Below, piece after piece: positions 8,577 to 17,725 of a stretch of 32,000 bases of DNA. The stretch lies in assembly GCF_001457595.1 (NCBI RefSeq), contig NZ_LN831039.1, forward strand, positions 5,670,001 to 5,702,000. Reading direction: 5' to 3'. Below the pieces are notes generated by a model that saw only the letters and a program-made list of their open reading frames with translations, was not told the DNA's origin and did no database searches. The translations under genes were made by a program, and so were the position numbers. The stretch's first letter is position 1; every line of letters begins with the position of its first letter. This DNA comes from Mycolicibacterium smegmatis. GTDB lineage: Bacteria; Actinomycetota; Actinomycetes; Mycobacteriales; Mycobacteriaceae.

Positions 8577-9578
8577 TTATGTTCGAGCCTCCTCCACCAG
8601 CGCACGAAGTTGTTCGGGCGTGAGCCACGGGGAGCGTCGGTGAATCATGCGGTGGCAGTTCGCGCAGATGAGGATTAGGTCGTCTAGGCGCGTCTTCACC
8701 TCCCCCGACGCGTGCAGCGGCACTACGTGGTGGCACTCGATGTATCCGTCGCCGTGTGATCCGTACGCAGCTTTGAAGTCGAATCCACACGTCGAACACG
8801 CGAGGGACTTGTGCTTTTGTAGGTGCTTCTTGATCTTCTTGGCACGCAGTCCACGATCACGCTCTCGGGCGAAGTGCCGCCGTTCAAGAAGTCGACCCTC
8901 TGGCGCTTCATCTTCGTCTAACTCATCGACGTCGTTCACCACTTCAGTTGCGTCGACCAGATCACCCGTGCTCATGCCGTCGCGGATCAACTGCGCGGCC
9001 TGACGCATCTCGCTCTCGCGTTGAAGGAAGTCGTTGAGCACTTCTAGGTCAGTCGCACCGGCGTTCGTCGGCGTGCCCGTGTACTCGGGGTGATGCGTGG
9101 CGATGTCCCAAGTTTTGCGCCCGACACCATTCGGATTCCTGAACTTCGGTCCGCGCATCTCCATCGGGTGAATTGGCAACTGTTGAAGCAGGTCCGATAG
9201 CGCCTGGACCCGCGCATCGTTCGCGCCCATTCCCTTCCACCCGTTCTCGAGAACGAGGTCACAGGCCAAGATCAATTCGTCTCGCGTCCAAGTGGGTTCA
9301 CGGCTAGGCGGCACGACGAACCCCAGTCGGCGCAAGTACTTGACCGCATCGCTCTCGCCGCCGTAGAACTCGTCCGACGTGAGAGGCGGGAGACCAGGGT
9401 GGTGCCCGTGGGCGGCCGCGAGGATGGCCTTTGAGTCGTACTCCTTGCCGCCGCAGTGCAGCAGGTATCCAGTCGCCTTCCCCATACCGTACTTAGCTAG
9501 AAACGCGTCCCGACCAAGCTTGTCGAACTCCGCGATCGCCTTCAGTACGTCCTCGCGCGTGACATCCTTCTTGGCCAT
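8577..9578 (-). CDS. McrA-like HNH endonuclease (putative modification-dependent restriction enzyme)
   Basis: N-terminal head KKDVTREDVLKAIAEFDKLGRDAFLAKYG, middle WTRDELILACDLVL, and HNH core CSTCGFDFKAAYGSHGDGYIECHHVVPL...LDDLILICANCHRMIHR. Confidence 0.85.
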   Translation of the reverse strand: MAKKDVTREDVLKAIAEFDKLGRDAFLAKYGMGKATGYLLHCGGKEYDSKAILAAAHGHHPGLPPLTSDEFYGGESDAVKYLRRLGFVVPPSREPTWTRDELILACDLVLENGWKGMGANDARVQALSDLLQQLPIHPMEMRGPKFRNPNGVGRKTWDIATHHPEYTGTPTNAGATDLEVLNDFLQRESEMRQAAQLIRDGMSTGDLVDATEVVNDVDELDEDEAPEGRLLERRHFARERDRGLRAKKIKKHLQKHKSLACSTCGFDFKAAYGSHGDGYIECHHVVPLHASGEVKTRLDDLILICANCHRMIHRRSPWLTPEQLRALVEEART

Positions 9579-9720
9579 GCCAGGCGAGTCTACGGACGAG
9601 GCCGCCGACGCCGACGCCGATCAAGACCCATGTTGGGTGAGAACATCGTTCGCTACGAGCGAAACGGCGACCGGCGTGTCTGCATGCCGGGTTGTCGGTG
9701 CCCGCCGATAGCGTCGGCGA

Positions 9721-10573
9721 CATGGAAGCAGAAAAGAACCCCGACTACCTGCGGCAATTGGCCGAGTTCGTTCGGGACTTCCGCGACGCGTTCGAGTCGC
9801 TGCTGGAATTGCACACGCCGACGTGGGAGGGCACGGGCCGTGGACTGTTCCCTGCTGTGTCGCCCCGCGAGGGCATTGACGAGGACGAGTTGCAGGCGCG
9901 ACGGACACGCGTTGCCGAGGCCGCCGGACGGGCTCGCCGTGCACCCGGTCTCACCGGCGTGCAATATCACGTCCAAGGGGTCCAGGGCGCGGTCGATCCG
10001 ATCGCGGCGTGGGCGACAGTGCTACAGCCGAAGCCGGTGCTTGAGCCCTCGAACATCATCGACGCGGCCAACCAAATGATCGGCCAACTCGACGAATTGA
10101 TCGTGCGGGCCGAAGCCGAGGCACCACCGAAGGTCGGTGTAGCGGGGATGCATCCGGCGGTGTGGGGACAGGCTTCGCGGCTCTGGCGCGACGGCCATTA
10201 CCGCCAGGCAGTGTCGGCGGCGGCCGATGGCGTGATCGCACTGGTGAAGGCCCGGACCGGCCGCAACGACATCCCCGACACGTCGCAGTGGCAGCAGGCG
10301 TTCTCGAACAACCCACCGAAACCGGGTGAGCCGCGTCTCCGGTGGCCAGGTAATCCGGCGGACCAGTCGGTGAAGTCGATGAACGACGGTCTCCGCCAGT
10401 TCGCGCCGGGTGCGCAAATGACGATCCGCAACCCGGCGGCACACGGCACGGCCGAGATGTCCGAACAAGAAGCGGCGGAACGGTTGGCGGTACTCAGCCT
10501 GTTGGCACGGTGGGTCGACCAATGCGACCTCATCGAAGCGCCCGACCCGTCCGCGGGCAGCGGCCTGCCATGA
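9721..10573 (+). CDS. TIGR02391 (Ymh-like) HEPN-motif protein
   Basis: C-terminal HPAVWGQASRLWRDGHYRQAVSAAADGVIALVKARTG...MTIRNPAAHG has the RNPAAH HEPN motif typical of this family. Confidence 0.78.
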
Positions 10574-11106
10574 CGGTCGCCGCGTTCGTTCTCGGCTTGC
10601 TCGGGTTTGGCGTCGCCGTCTCGTCGTTGACGTGGCAGGTCTACACGTTCCTGATGCAGGGCGCGCGACCGAAACTGACGCCGGTCGTCGGTTACCACTA
10701 CGGCGGCGGATTGCTGACGAACGACGCGACCCGCGACATACGCGAGTCACTCCGCTCCGCCACCGCGCAATTTCCACCCGGAGGCCATTACGTCGTAGGC
10801 GTCAACGTCGTCAACGCCGGGCGCGCACCGTTCCACGTCGCCAAGTGGGCGATACGTGTTGACCCGGCAGGCACGTCCTTCGTATCGGTCGATGACCCGC
10901 AGGGGTGCCCGTCCGCCCCGCACGACATCGCGCCCGGTGCCGATGCGACATTCTTCACCGGTCTCGTGAATCTCCGCGCCCTGTCCGCAGCCAGCGGAGC
11001 GATCGACCGACGTCGCCAACGACTAGTCGTCACGGTGGAAAGCGGCGGCCGCACGTACACGTCCAAGCCGATCGCGCCGGTTAACCTCACGATCGGCGCG
11101 TCGTAG
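10570..11106 (+). CDS. Hypothetical single-pass membrane protein
   Basis: N-terminal helix MTVAAFVLGLLGFGVAVSSLTWQVYTFLM; ATGA overlap with the upstream HEPN gene. Confidence 0.65.
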   Translation: MTVAAFVLGLLGFGVAVSSLTWQVYTFLMQGARPKLTPVVGYHYGGGLLTNDATRDIRESLRSATAQFPPGGHYVVGVNVVNAGRAPFHVAKWAIRVDPAGTSFVSVDDPQGCPSAPHDIAPGADATFFTGLVNLRALSAASGAIDRRRQRLVVTVESGGRTYTSKPIAPVNLTIGAS

Positions 11107-11232
11107 GTCGTTGCCGAGACGGGCGACCCACCGATGCCGACCCGTTTCCGGCGTCGATCGTGCGCGAATCCGGCCGCCGGGCATCCGGTGAACCGCCCAA
11201 ATTGGTTGCTGTGCAACCACACACGGCCCGAA

Positions 11233-11287
11233 GTGCCCGGCGGGCACCCGTCGATCGGCCCGCCTGCCGCAGGGCGGCCCGATTTTT
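11233..11287 (+). terminator. Possible terminator region downstream of the HEPN/membrane operon
   Basis: Hairpin GTGCCC-GGC-GGGCAC (11233-11247), then imperfect GGCCCGCC/GGGCGGCC followed by GATTTTT. Confidence 0.35.
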
Positions 11288-11358
11288 CGCCCGCGCAATA
11301 AAAAAATGGTGACTACCGCGGTGGGAGTCACGGAGGCTGGGGGCTCGATAAACTAGGG

Positions 11359-11925
11359 GTGGTGGATGTGGACTGGGCAACCGTTGTGACGTCCGGAGCT
11401 GCTTCGGCGGTTATCGGTGGCGTCGTTTCATGGTTTACAGCTCGTCACGTAGCGGGTCGGCAAGAGCGCGGGCGTTCTGCAGTGGAGGCTCGACGACTCA
11501 TTCGGGACCTTGTTCGTCCCGAACTCACGAAGGTCCGTCAGTATCAGGCGAGAGCGATGGCATCGGTAGGCCGGGACGATGACGACAATTCGTTACATGT
11601 CGATGACTTGGGATTTTGCGCGCGTGTCCTGAATGCCGCTGAAGACCTGCCGTGGTGGCGGCGTTCGCTTGTGGTGCGACGGCTCCGAGTCCTGTTCGGT
11701 AAGAACACAGTCGACCTTTGCTTCATCCACGGAGAGCAAGCAGAGGACCCACAGATGGCTATGACGTTGGTTCTTCAACGTCAGGCGAGGGGGCTATTTC
11801 GTCCCGATGAGGGACTGCCGCAACCCGATCGAGGTGCGTTCGATCGGGCTCTCCGCTGCCCGCCGAACTCGAAGCCCGTTGCCGATCTGGTGCGGTCGTT
11901 GACCTCGCTCAGTCGGGCCTTCTGA
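11359..11925 (+). CDS. Hypothetical membrane-anchored protein
   Basis: ATVVTSGAASAVIGGVVSWFTA N-terminal helix followed by a soluble domain. Confidence 0.55.
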   Translation: MVDVDWATVVTSGAASAVIGGVVSWFTARHVAGRQERGRSAVEARRLIRDLVRPELTKVRQYQARAMASVGRDDDDNSLHVDDLGFCARVLNAAEDLPWWRRSLVVRRLRVLFGKNTVDLCFIHGEQAEDPQMAMTLVLQRQARGLFRPDEGLPQPDRGAFDRALRCPPNSKPVADLVRSLTSLSRAF

Positions 11926-11964
11926 CACAGATCAGGGTCATCCCGTGTCTGTAGGCAGAGGCCA

Positions 11965-12435
11965 TCAGTAGAACCACGTGGTGGATTGTGCAACGTCCGG
12001 GTTGTCGGTGCTGTGGCCGATCTCTGACATAGGTACCACCGTTTCGTTCGGGACGGCGGCGAGGACGTCGGCCATACCGGGATCAGCCTCGATCAGCGTT
12101 ACCCAATGCTTATGTCGGTCCGGCGTGATTTTGCCTTTGTCTATCGCATCGGCGACCGCGGCTTCGACTCTTGCGCGTGCTGCGGCCGCGGCGATCCGGC
12201 GACCTTCCTGCGCGTCGCGGCGCAACGCCTCGGCAGTGTCCTTATCAAGCAGTTCCATGCCGTTGCGCGCCGCGGCAGCGGCCACGGCCGATGGCTTGGC
12301 CGATTCGAGGGTGTCTGCCTGTGCGGCGAGGTCCTGTGCGGTGGCGACCACGAGGTCGACGTCGGCGGTGTCGGCTGAAAGGCCGAGCACCTCGAACAGC
12401 GCCGCAGCCTGGGTGTCGTTGAGTTGCAAAGTCAT
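11965..12435 (-). CDS. Phage Mu I-like (protease/scaffold) C-terminal-type protein, prophage remnant
   Basis: LFEVLGLSADTADVDLVVATAQDLAAQAD...ARARVEAAVADAIDKGKITPDRHKHWVTLIEADPGMADVLAAVPNETVVPMSEIG resembles the C-terminal region of Mu gpI-like phage proteins. Confidence 0.5.
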   Translation of the reverse strand: MTLQLNDTQAAALFEVLGLSADTADVDLVVATAQDLAAQADTLESAKPSAVAAAAARNGMELLDKDTAEALRRDAQEGRRIAAAAARARVEAAVADAIDKGKITPDRHKHWVTLIEADPGMADVLAAVPNETVVPMSEIGHSTDNPDVAQSTTWFY

Positions 12436-12542
12436 TGTATCGGGTTCCCTTCTGGGCTAGCTGATACCGAGAAGCTTTTTGACCGCGTACGTGATCCGCC
12501 CCGGCGTGTCTGGAGAGTTCTTCCGTTGGGAAGGATGGGCAC

Positions 12543-12869
12543 GTGGGATCGAAGTCATCGAGGCGGTATCCAGACGAGCTGAAGGTGCGGGCGGTGCAGA
12601 TGGTGGCCGATCTGCGCAGCGAGACAGTTTCGGAGTGGGAGGCGATGGGCCGGGTTGCTGACCTGCTGGGCGTCGGTACTGCCGAAACGGTGCGCAAATG
12701 GGTCCGCCAGGCTGAGATCGACGCCGGCTCTCGGGCGGGGCAGACCAGCGAGGAATCCGAGGTCCTGCGCAAGCTGCGCCGGGAGAATGCCGAACTCAAG
12801 CGGGCCAACGCGATCTTGAAGGCGGCCTCGGTTTTCTTCGCCGCCGAGCTCGACCGGCCCTCTCAGTAG
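12543..12869 (+). CDS. IS3-family transposase OrfA (HTH protein)
   Basis: RYPDELKVRAVQMVADLRSET...WVRQAEIDAG...LRKLRRENAELKRANAILKAAS. Confidence 0.93.
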   Translation: MGSKSSRRYPDELKVRAVQMVADLRSETVSEWEAMGRVADLLGVGTAETVRKWVRQAEIDAGSRAGQTSEESEVLRKLRRENAELKRANAILKAASVFFAAELDRPSQ

Positions 12870-12871
12870 TC

Positions 12872-13825
12872 GTGGAGTTCATCAGCGCCCACCAGCACAT
12901 GCGGGTGGGCGTTGATGGTCTCAAGTGGGGTGTCGAGTCGATGTGCGCTGTGCTTTCCGAGTACGGCGTCACGATCGCCCCGTCGACGTATTACGCCCAC
13001 CGCGCCCGTCAGGGCCCCTCGAAAGCCGACTGGGCCGATGCGCAGGTGATCGATGCGATCTGGCAGCTTCGCCAATCGCAGAGTCTGTACCGAGTCCTGG
13101 GCGCTCGTAAGACATGGATTGTATTGCGCACCAATGGTATCGACGTATCGCGCTGTGTCGTGGAACGGGTCATGCGGGAGATGGGTTGGCGGGGTGCGTG
13201 CAAGCGCCGGCGGGTGCGCACCACCGTCGCCGATCCGGCAGCGACGCGAGCCCCGGATCGGGTCCGGCGTAATTTCGTCGCCGGTGCGCCTGACCGATTG
13301 TGGGTGGCCGATTTCACCTACTGCCGGACTCGTGCCGGCTGGGCCTACACGGCGTTCGTCACCGATGTCTATGCCCGCAAGATCGTGGGTTGGAAGGTGG
13401 CTACCGAGATGACCCAGAAGCTGGTGACCGATGCGATCGACCACGCTATCGACACCAGAAAGCGTTCGGGTGCAGCATCTTTGGATTCACTTATCCACCA
13501 CAGCGACGCGGGCTCGCAATACACCGCGGTCGCGTTCACCGAACGTCTGGCCGCTGAGGGGATCCTGCCTTCAGTCGGATCCGTCGGGGATAGTTTCGAT
13601 AATGCTCTGGCCGAATCGGTGAACAGCAGCTACAAGACCGAACTCATCGACCGCCAGCCGCTCTATCCCGGTGCCACCGAACTGGCGCTGGGGACCGCCG
13701 AATGGGTGGCCTTCTACAACCGTCAGCGACCCAACGGCTACTGCCAGGACCTGACCCCCGATCGGGCCGAAGCGCTCTACTACCATCGCCAACGGCACCC
13801 TCATGCCGAGGAGGCACTCAGATAA
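12872..13825 (+). CDS. IS3-family transposase OrfB (DDE integrase)
   Basis: DRLWVADFTYCRT, HHSDAGSQYTAVAFTERL and GDSFDNALAESVNSSYKTEL give the DDE catalytic triad; -1 frame relative to OrfA. Confidence 0.95.
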   Translation: MEFISAHQHMRVGVDGLKWGVESMCAVLSEYGVTIAPSTYYAHRARQGPSKADWADAQVIDAIWQLRQSQSLYRVLGARKTWIVLRTNGIDVSRCVVERVMREMGWRGACKRRRVRTTVADPAATRAPDRVRRNFVAGAPDRLWVADFTYCRTRAGWAYTAFVTDVYARKIVGWKVATEMTQKLVTDAIDHAIDTRKRSGAASLDSLIHHSDAGSQYTAVAFTERLAAEGILPSVGSVGDSFDNALAESVNSSYKTELIDRQPLYPGATELALGTAEWVAFYNRQRPNGYCQDLTPDRAEALYYHRQRHPHAEEALR

Positions 13826-13852
13826 GAGAACCTCCCGACATGCCGGGGCGGA

Positions 13853-15043
<1,191 letters not shown>

Positions 15044-15085
15044 GCACCCAGTATCACAGACGGGTACGACAAGTAGACACATAAT

Positions 15086-15099
15086 TAGAACGTGTTCCA
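15086..15099. promoter_or_regulatory. KstR-consensus palindrome TAGAACGTGTTCCA
   Basis: Identical to the site at 4660-4673; 62 bp upstream of the SDR start. Confidence 0.7.
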
Positions 15100-15160
15100 G
15101 AAACTCACCGAAAAGCCCGGCTCAGGCTGCTAGCGTGACCGCGGTGAGCGATAGGAGAAC

Positions 15161-15955
15161 GTGTTGATCCTGGACAGATTCCGCCTCGACGACAAGGTTG
15201 CGGTCGTGACGGGCGCGGGCCGTGGCCTCGGTGCCGCGATCGCGCTCGCGTTCGCTGAAGCCGGTGCGGATGTGGTGATTGCGGCCCGTACGCAGTCGCA
15301 ACTCGACGAGGTGGCGGGTCAGGTCGCCGGCGCCGGCCGCAAGGCTCACGTCGTCGTTGCCGACCTCGCCCACCCGGATGCGACGGCCGAACTTGTGCAG
15401 GCCGCGATCGAGGCGTTCGGGAAACTAGACGTCGTCGTCAACAACGTCGGCGGGACCATGCCCGCTCCGCTGCTCAACACGTCGACGAAGGACCTGCGCG
15501 ACGCCTTCACTTTCAACGTCTCGACGGCGCACGCGTTGACCTCGGCAGCCGTGCCACTGATGCTGGAGCACTCCGGCGGCGGCAGCATCATCAACATCAC
15601 CTCGACCATGGGCCGCCTGGCCGGACGCGGCTTCGTCGCGTACGGCACAGCGAAGGCCGCACTGGCGCACTACACGCGGCTGGCCGCGCTCGACCTGTGC
15701 CCCCGCATCCGGGTGAACGCCATCGCACCCGGATCGATCCTCACCTCTGCGCTGGACGTGGTGGCGTCCAACGACGCGCTTCGCGAGCCCATGGAGAAGG
15801 TGACGCCGCTTCGCCGACTTGGTGATCCGGCCGATATCGCCGCGGCGGCGGTCTATCTCGCTTCCCCGGCCGGTGCGTACCTGACCGGCAAGACGCTCGA
15901 GGTCGACGGTGGTCTCACCATGCCGAACCTCGATCTGCCCATCCCGGACCTCTAG
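15161..15955 (+). CDS. SDR family oxidoreductase
   Basis: [41 protein letters not shown] and IRVNAIAPG motifs; GTG start. Confidence 0.92.
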   Translation: MLILDRFRLDDKVAVVTGAGRGLGAAIALAFAEAGADVVIAARTQSQLDEVAGQVAGAGRKAHVVVADLAHPDATAELVQAAIEAFGKLDVVVNNVGGTMPAPLLNTSTKDLRDAFTFNVSTAHALTSAAVPLMLEHSGGGSIINITSTMGRLAGRGFVAYGTAKAALAHYTRLAALDLCPRIRVNAIAPGSILTSALDVVASNDALREPMEKVTPLRRLGDPADIAAAAVYLASPAGAYLTGKTLEVDGGLTMPNLDLPIPDL

Positions 15956-15967
15956 ACAAGGAGCAGT

Positions 15968-17044
15968 ATGGCCATCCGCGTCGCAGCAATCGGCACCGGC
16001 AACGTGGGCCGGCACGCCCTTCGCCAGCTCATCACCAACCCGGCTTACGAGCTCACCGCGGTATGGGTGTCGTCGCCGGAGAAAGCCAGCAAGGACGCGG
16101 GTGATCTCGCGGGTCTTGAGGTGACGACAGGCATCAAGGCGACCGACAGTCTGGACGAGGTGCTGGCCACCTCGCCGGAGTGCGCGGTCTACACCGCGAT
16201 GGCCGACAACCGGCTTCCTGATGCGCTCGAGGATTACCGGCGCATCCTGGCCGCAGGCGTCAACGTCGTCGGCAGTTCCGCGGTGTTCCTGCAGTACCCG
16301 TGGCAGGTGCTCCCCGAGGAGCTGGTGAAGCCCATCGAGGATGCCGCGCACGCCGGCGGGGCCAGCCTGTTCGTCAACGGCATCGATCCAGGCTTTGCTA
16401 ACGACCTTCTGCCCCTTGCCCTTGCAGGCACCTGTCAGCAGATCGAACAGATCCGCTGCATGGAGATCGTCGACTACGCCACCTACGACAGCGCGACGGT
16501 GATGTTCGACGTCATGGGATTCGGCAAGTCGCTCGACGAGACGCCGATGCTGCTGCAACCGGGCGTGCTGAGCCTCGCGTGGGGCTCGGTGGTCCGCCAG
16601 CTCGCGGCCGGCCTGGGGCTCGAACTCGACGCGGTCACCGAGGAGCACACGCGCGTCCCCGCGCCCGAGGACTTCGACATCGCGGCCGGACACATCTCCG
16701 AAGGCACCACGGCAGCAATGCGTTTCGAGGTTCGCGGCATGGTCGACGGGAAACCGGCCGTCGTGCTGGAACACGTGACCCGCCTGCGTGACGACCTGTG
16801 CCCCGAGTGGCCCCAGCCCGCGCAGGAGGGCGGCTCGTATCGCGTCGAGGTGACCGGGGAGCCGTCGTACGCTCTCGATCTGTGCCTCAGCAGCCCCTAC
16901 GGCGATCACAATCATGCAGGCCTCGTGGCGACGGCAGCCCGCGTCGTCAACGCGATACCCGCGGTCTTCGCGGCGCCACCGGGCATTCGTACCACGCTCG
17001 ACATGCCACTGATCACGGGCAAAGGGTTGTACGCTGCCCGGTAA
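15968..17044 (+). CDS. NAD(P)-dependent dehydrogenase of the dihydrodipicolinate reductase / 2,4-diaminopentanoate dehydrogenase type
   Basis: MAIRVAAIGTGNVGRHALRQLITNP Rossmann motif and the characteristic GINPGFANDLLPL-like region (NGIDPGFANDLLPLAL). Confidence 0.78.
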   Translation: MAIRVAAIGTGNVGRHALRQLITNPAYELTAVWVSSPEKASKDAGDLAGLEVTTGIKATDSLDEVLATSPECAVYTAMADNRLPDALEDYRRILAAGVNVVGSSAVFLQYPWQVLPEELVKPIEDAAHAGGASLFVNGIDPGFANDLLPLALAGTCQQIEQIRCMEIVDYATYDSATVMFDVMGFGKSLDETPMLLQPGVLSLAWGSVVRQLAAGLGLELDAVTEEHTRVPAPEDFDIAAGHISEGTTAAMRFEVRGMVDGKPAVVLEHVTRLRDDLCPEWPQPAQEGGSYRVEVTGEPSYALDLCLSSPYGDHNHAGLVATAARVVNAIPAVFAAPPGIRTTLDMPLITGKGLYAAR

Positions 17045-17066
17045 CGACTTCCAGGAGGACCCAGAG

Positions 17067-17333
17067 ATGAAACTTCGCATGAGCACGCTTGCCGGTTGCC
17101 TGCTCGTCGGTGGTGCCGCGGCGGCGATCGGCCTGGCGCCGCTGGCCGGCGCCGAGCCCGTCGACCCGAAGGAACCGCATCTGCTCCCGCAGTGCGAGGT
17201 GACCGGCGGCAGCTCCGTCGAGGGCGGCCAGACCACCGACTGCGCCTCGGAAGGCAACGTCCAGATCGACTCCACCCCGCCGGAGCCCGGTTACGGCATG
17301 TTCCCGTGGGACGACGAGTTCTTCGTTCTCTGA
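17067..17333 (+). CDS. Small secreted hypothetical protein
   Basis: Signal peptide MKLRMSTLAGCLLVGGAAAAIGLAPLAGA, two Cys in the mature part. Confidence 0.7.
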   Translation: MKLRMSTLAGCLLVGGAAAAIGLAPLAGAEPVDPKEPHLLPQCEVTGGSSVEGGQTTDCASEGNVQIDSTPPEPGYGMFPWDDEFFVL

Positions 17334-17403
17334 TCTGATCTGGTCTGACAAGATCCCGGGCCTCTGCTCGGACGTAGACTTACTCCATCGATCGGAGTAG
17401 GTC

Positions 17404-17631
17404 ATGACCAATTCAGTGCGGTGCGTGGCAGCGGCGGCTGCCGCGATATGCATGGCTCTTCTCGCAGCACCCATCAGCGCGGCAGCACCGCAATGCACCA
17501 ACGTTTCGCCCAACACCACGCAGTGCCAGACAAACGGCAGCACCCAGATCGTGACGTCGCCCCCGGCGATGAATTACGGCCCGTGGTACGGCTGGGGCTT
17601 CGGCCTGGGCGGGATCTCCATCGGGTGGTAG
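17404..17631 (+). CDS. Small secreted hypothetical protein, similar layout to the preceding one
   Basis: Signal peptide MTNSVRCVAAAAAAICMALLAAPISAAA, then CTNVSPNTTQCQTNGSTQIVTSPPAMNYGPWYGWG. Confidence 0.7.
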   Translation: MTNSVRCVAAAAAAICMALLAAPISAAAPQCTNVSPNTTQCQTNGSTQIVTSPPAMNYGPWYGWGFGLGGISIGW

Positions 17632-17678
17632 GACGGTCCCCAGAGACCGGCCCCATCCTGGCGCGTCCACGAGATTTC

Positions 17679-17690
17679 GGCTAACCTAAC
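17679..17690. promoter_or_regulatory. DtxR-family (IdeR/MntR-like) half-box GGCTAACCTAAC upstream of the metal transporter
   Basis: Matches the right half of the IdeR consensus TTAGGTTAGGCTAACCTAA; 36 bp upstream of the transporter start. Confidence 0.45.
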
Positions 17691-17725
17691 TTTTCTGTTC
17701 GCTACACCGGATAGAAGGGTGGCAG

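Noticed and set aside
12245-12808. Minus-strand ORF across the IS left end and orfA
   Set aside because: Antisense to orfA and crosses the IS boundary; no family resemblance.
15158-15165. Second KstR site over the SDR start codon
   Set aside because: Only the AACnnGTT core is present; flanking consensus T and A are missing, so it is not listed as a feature.
15425-17275. 616-aa minus-strand ORF opposite the SDR and dehydrogenase genes
   Set aside because: Antisense shadow ORF spanning two well-supported genes on the + strand.
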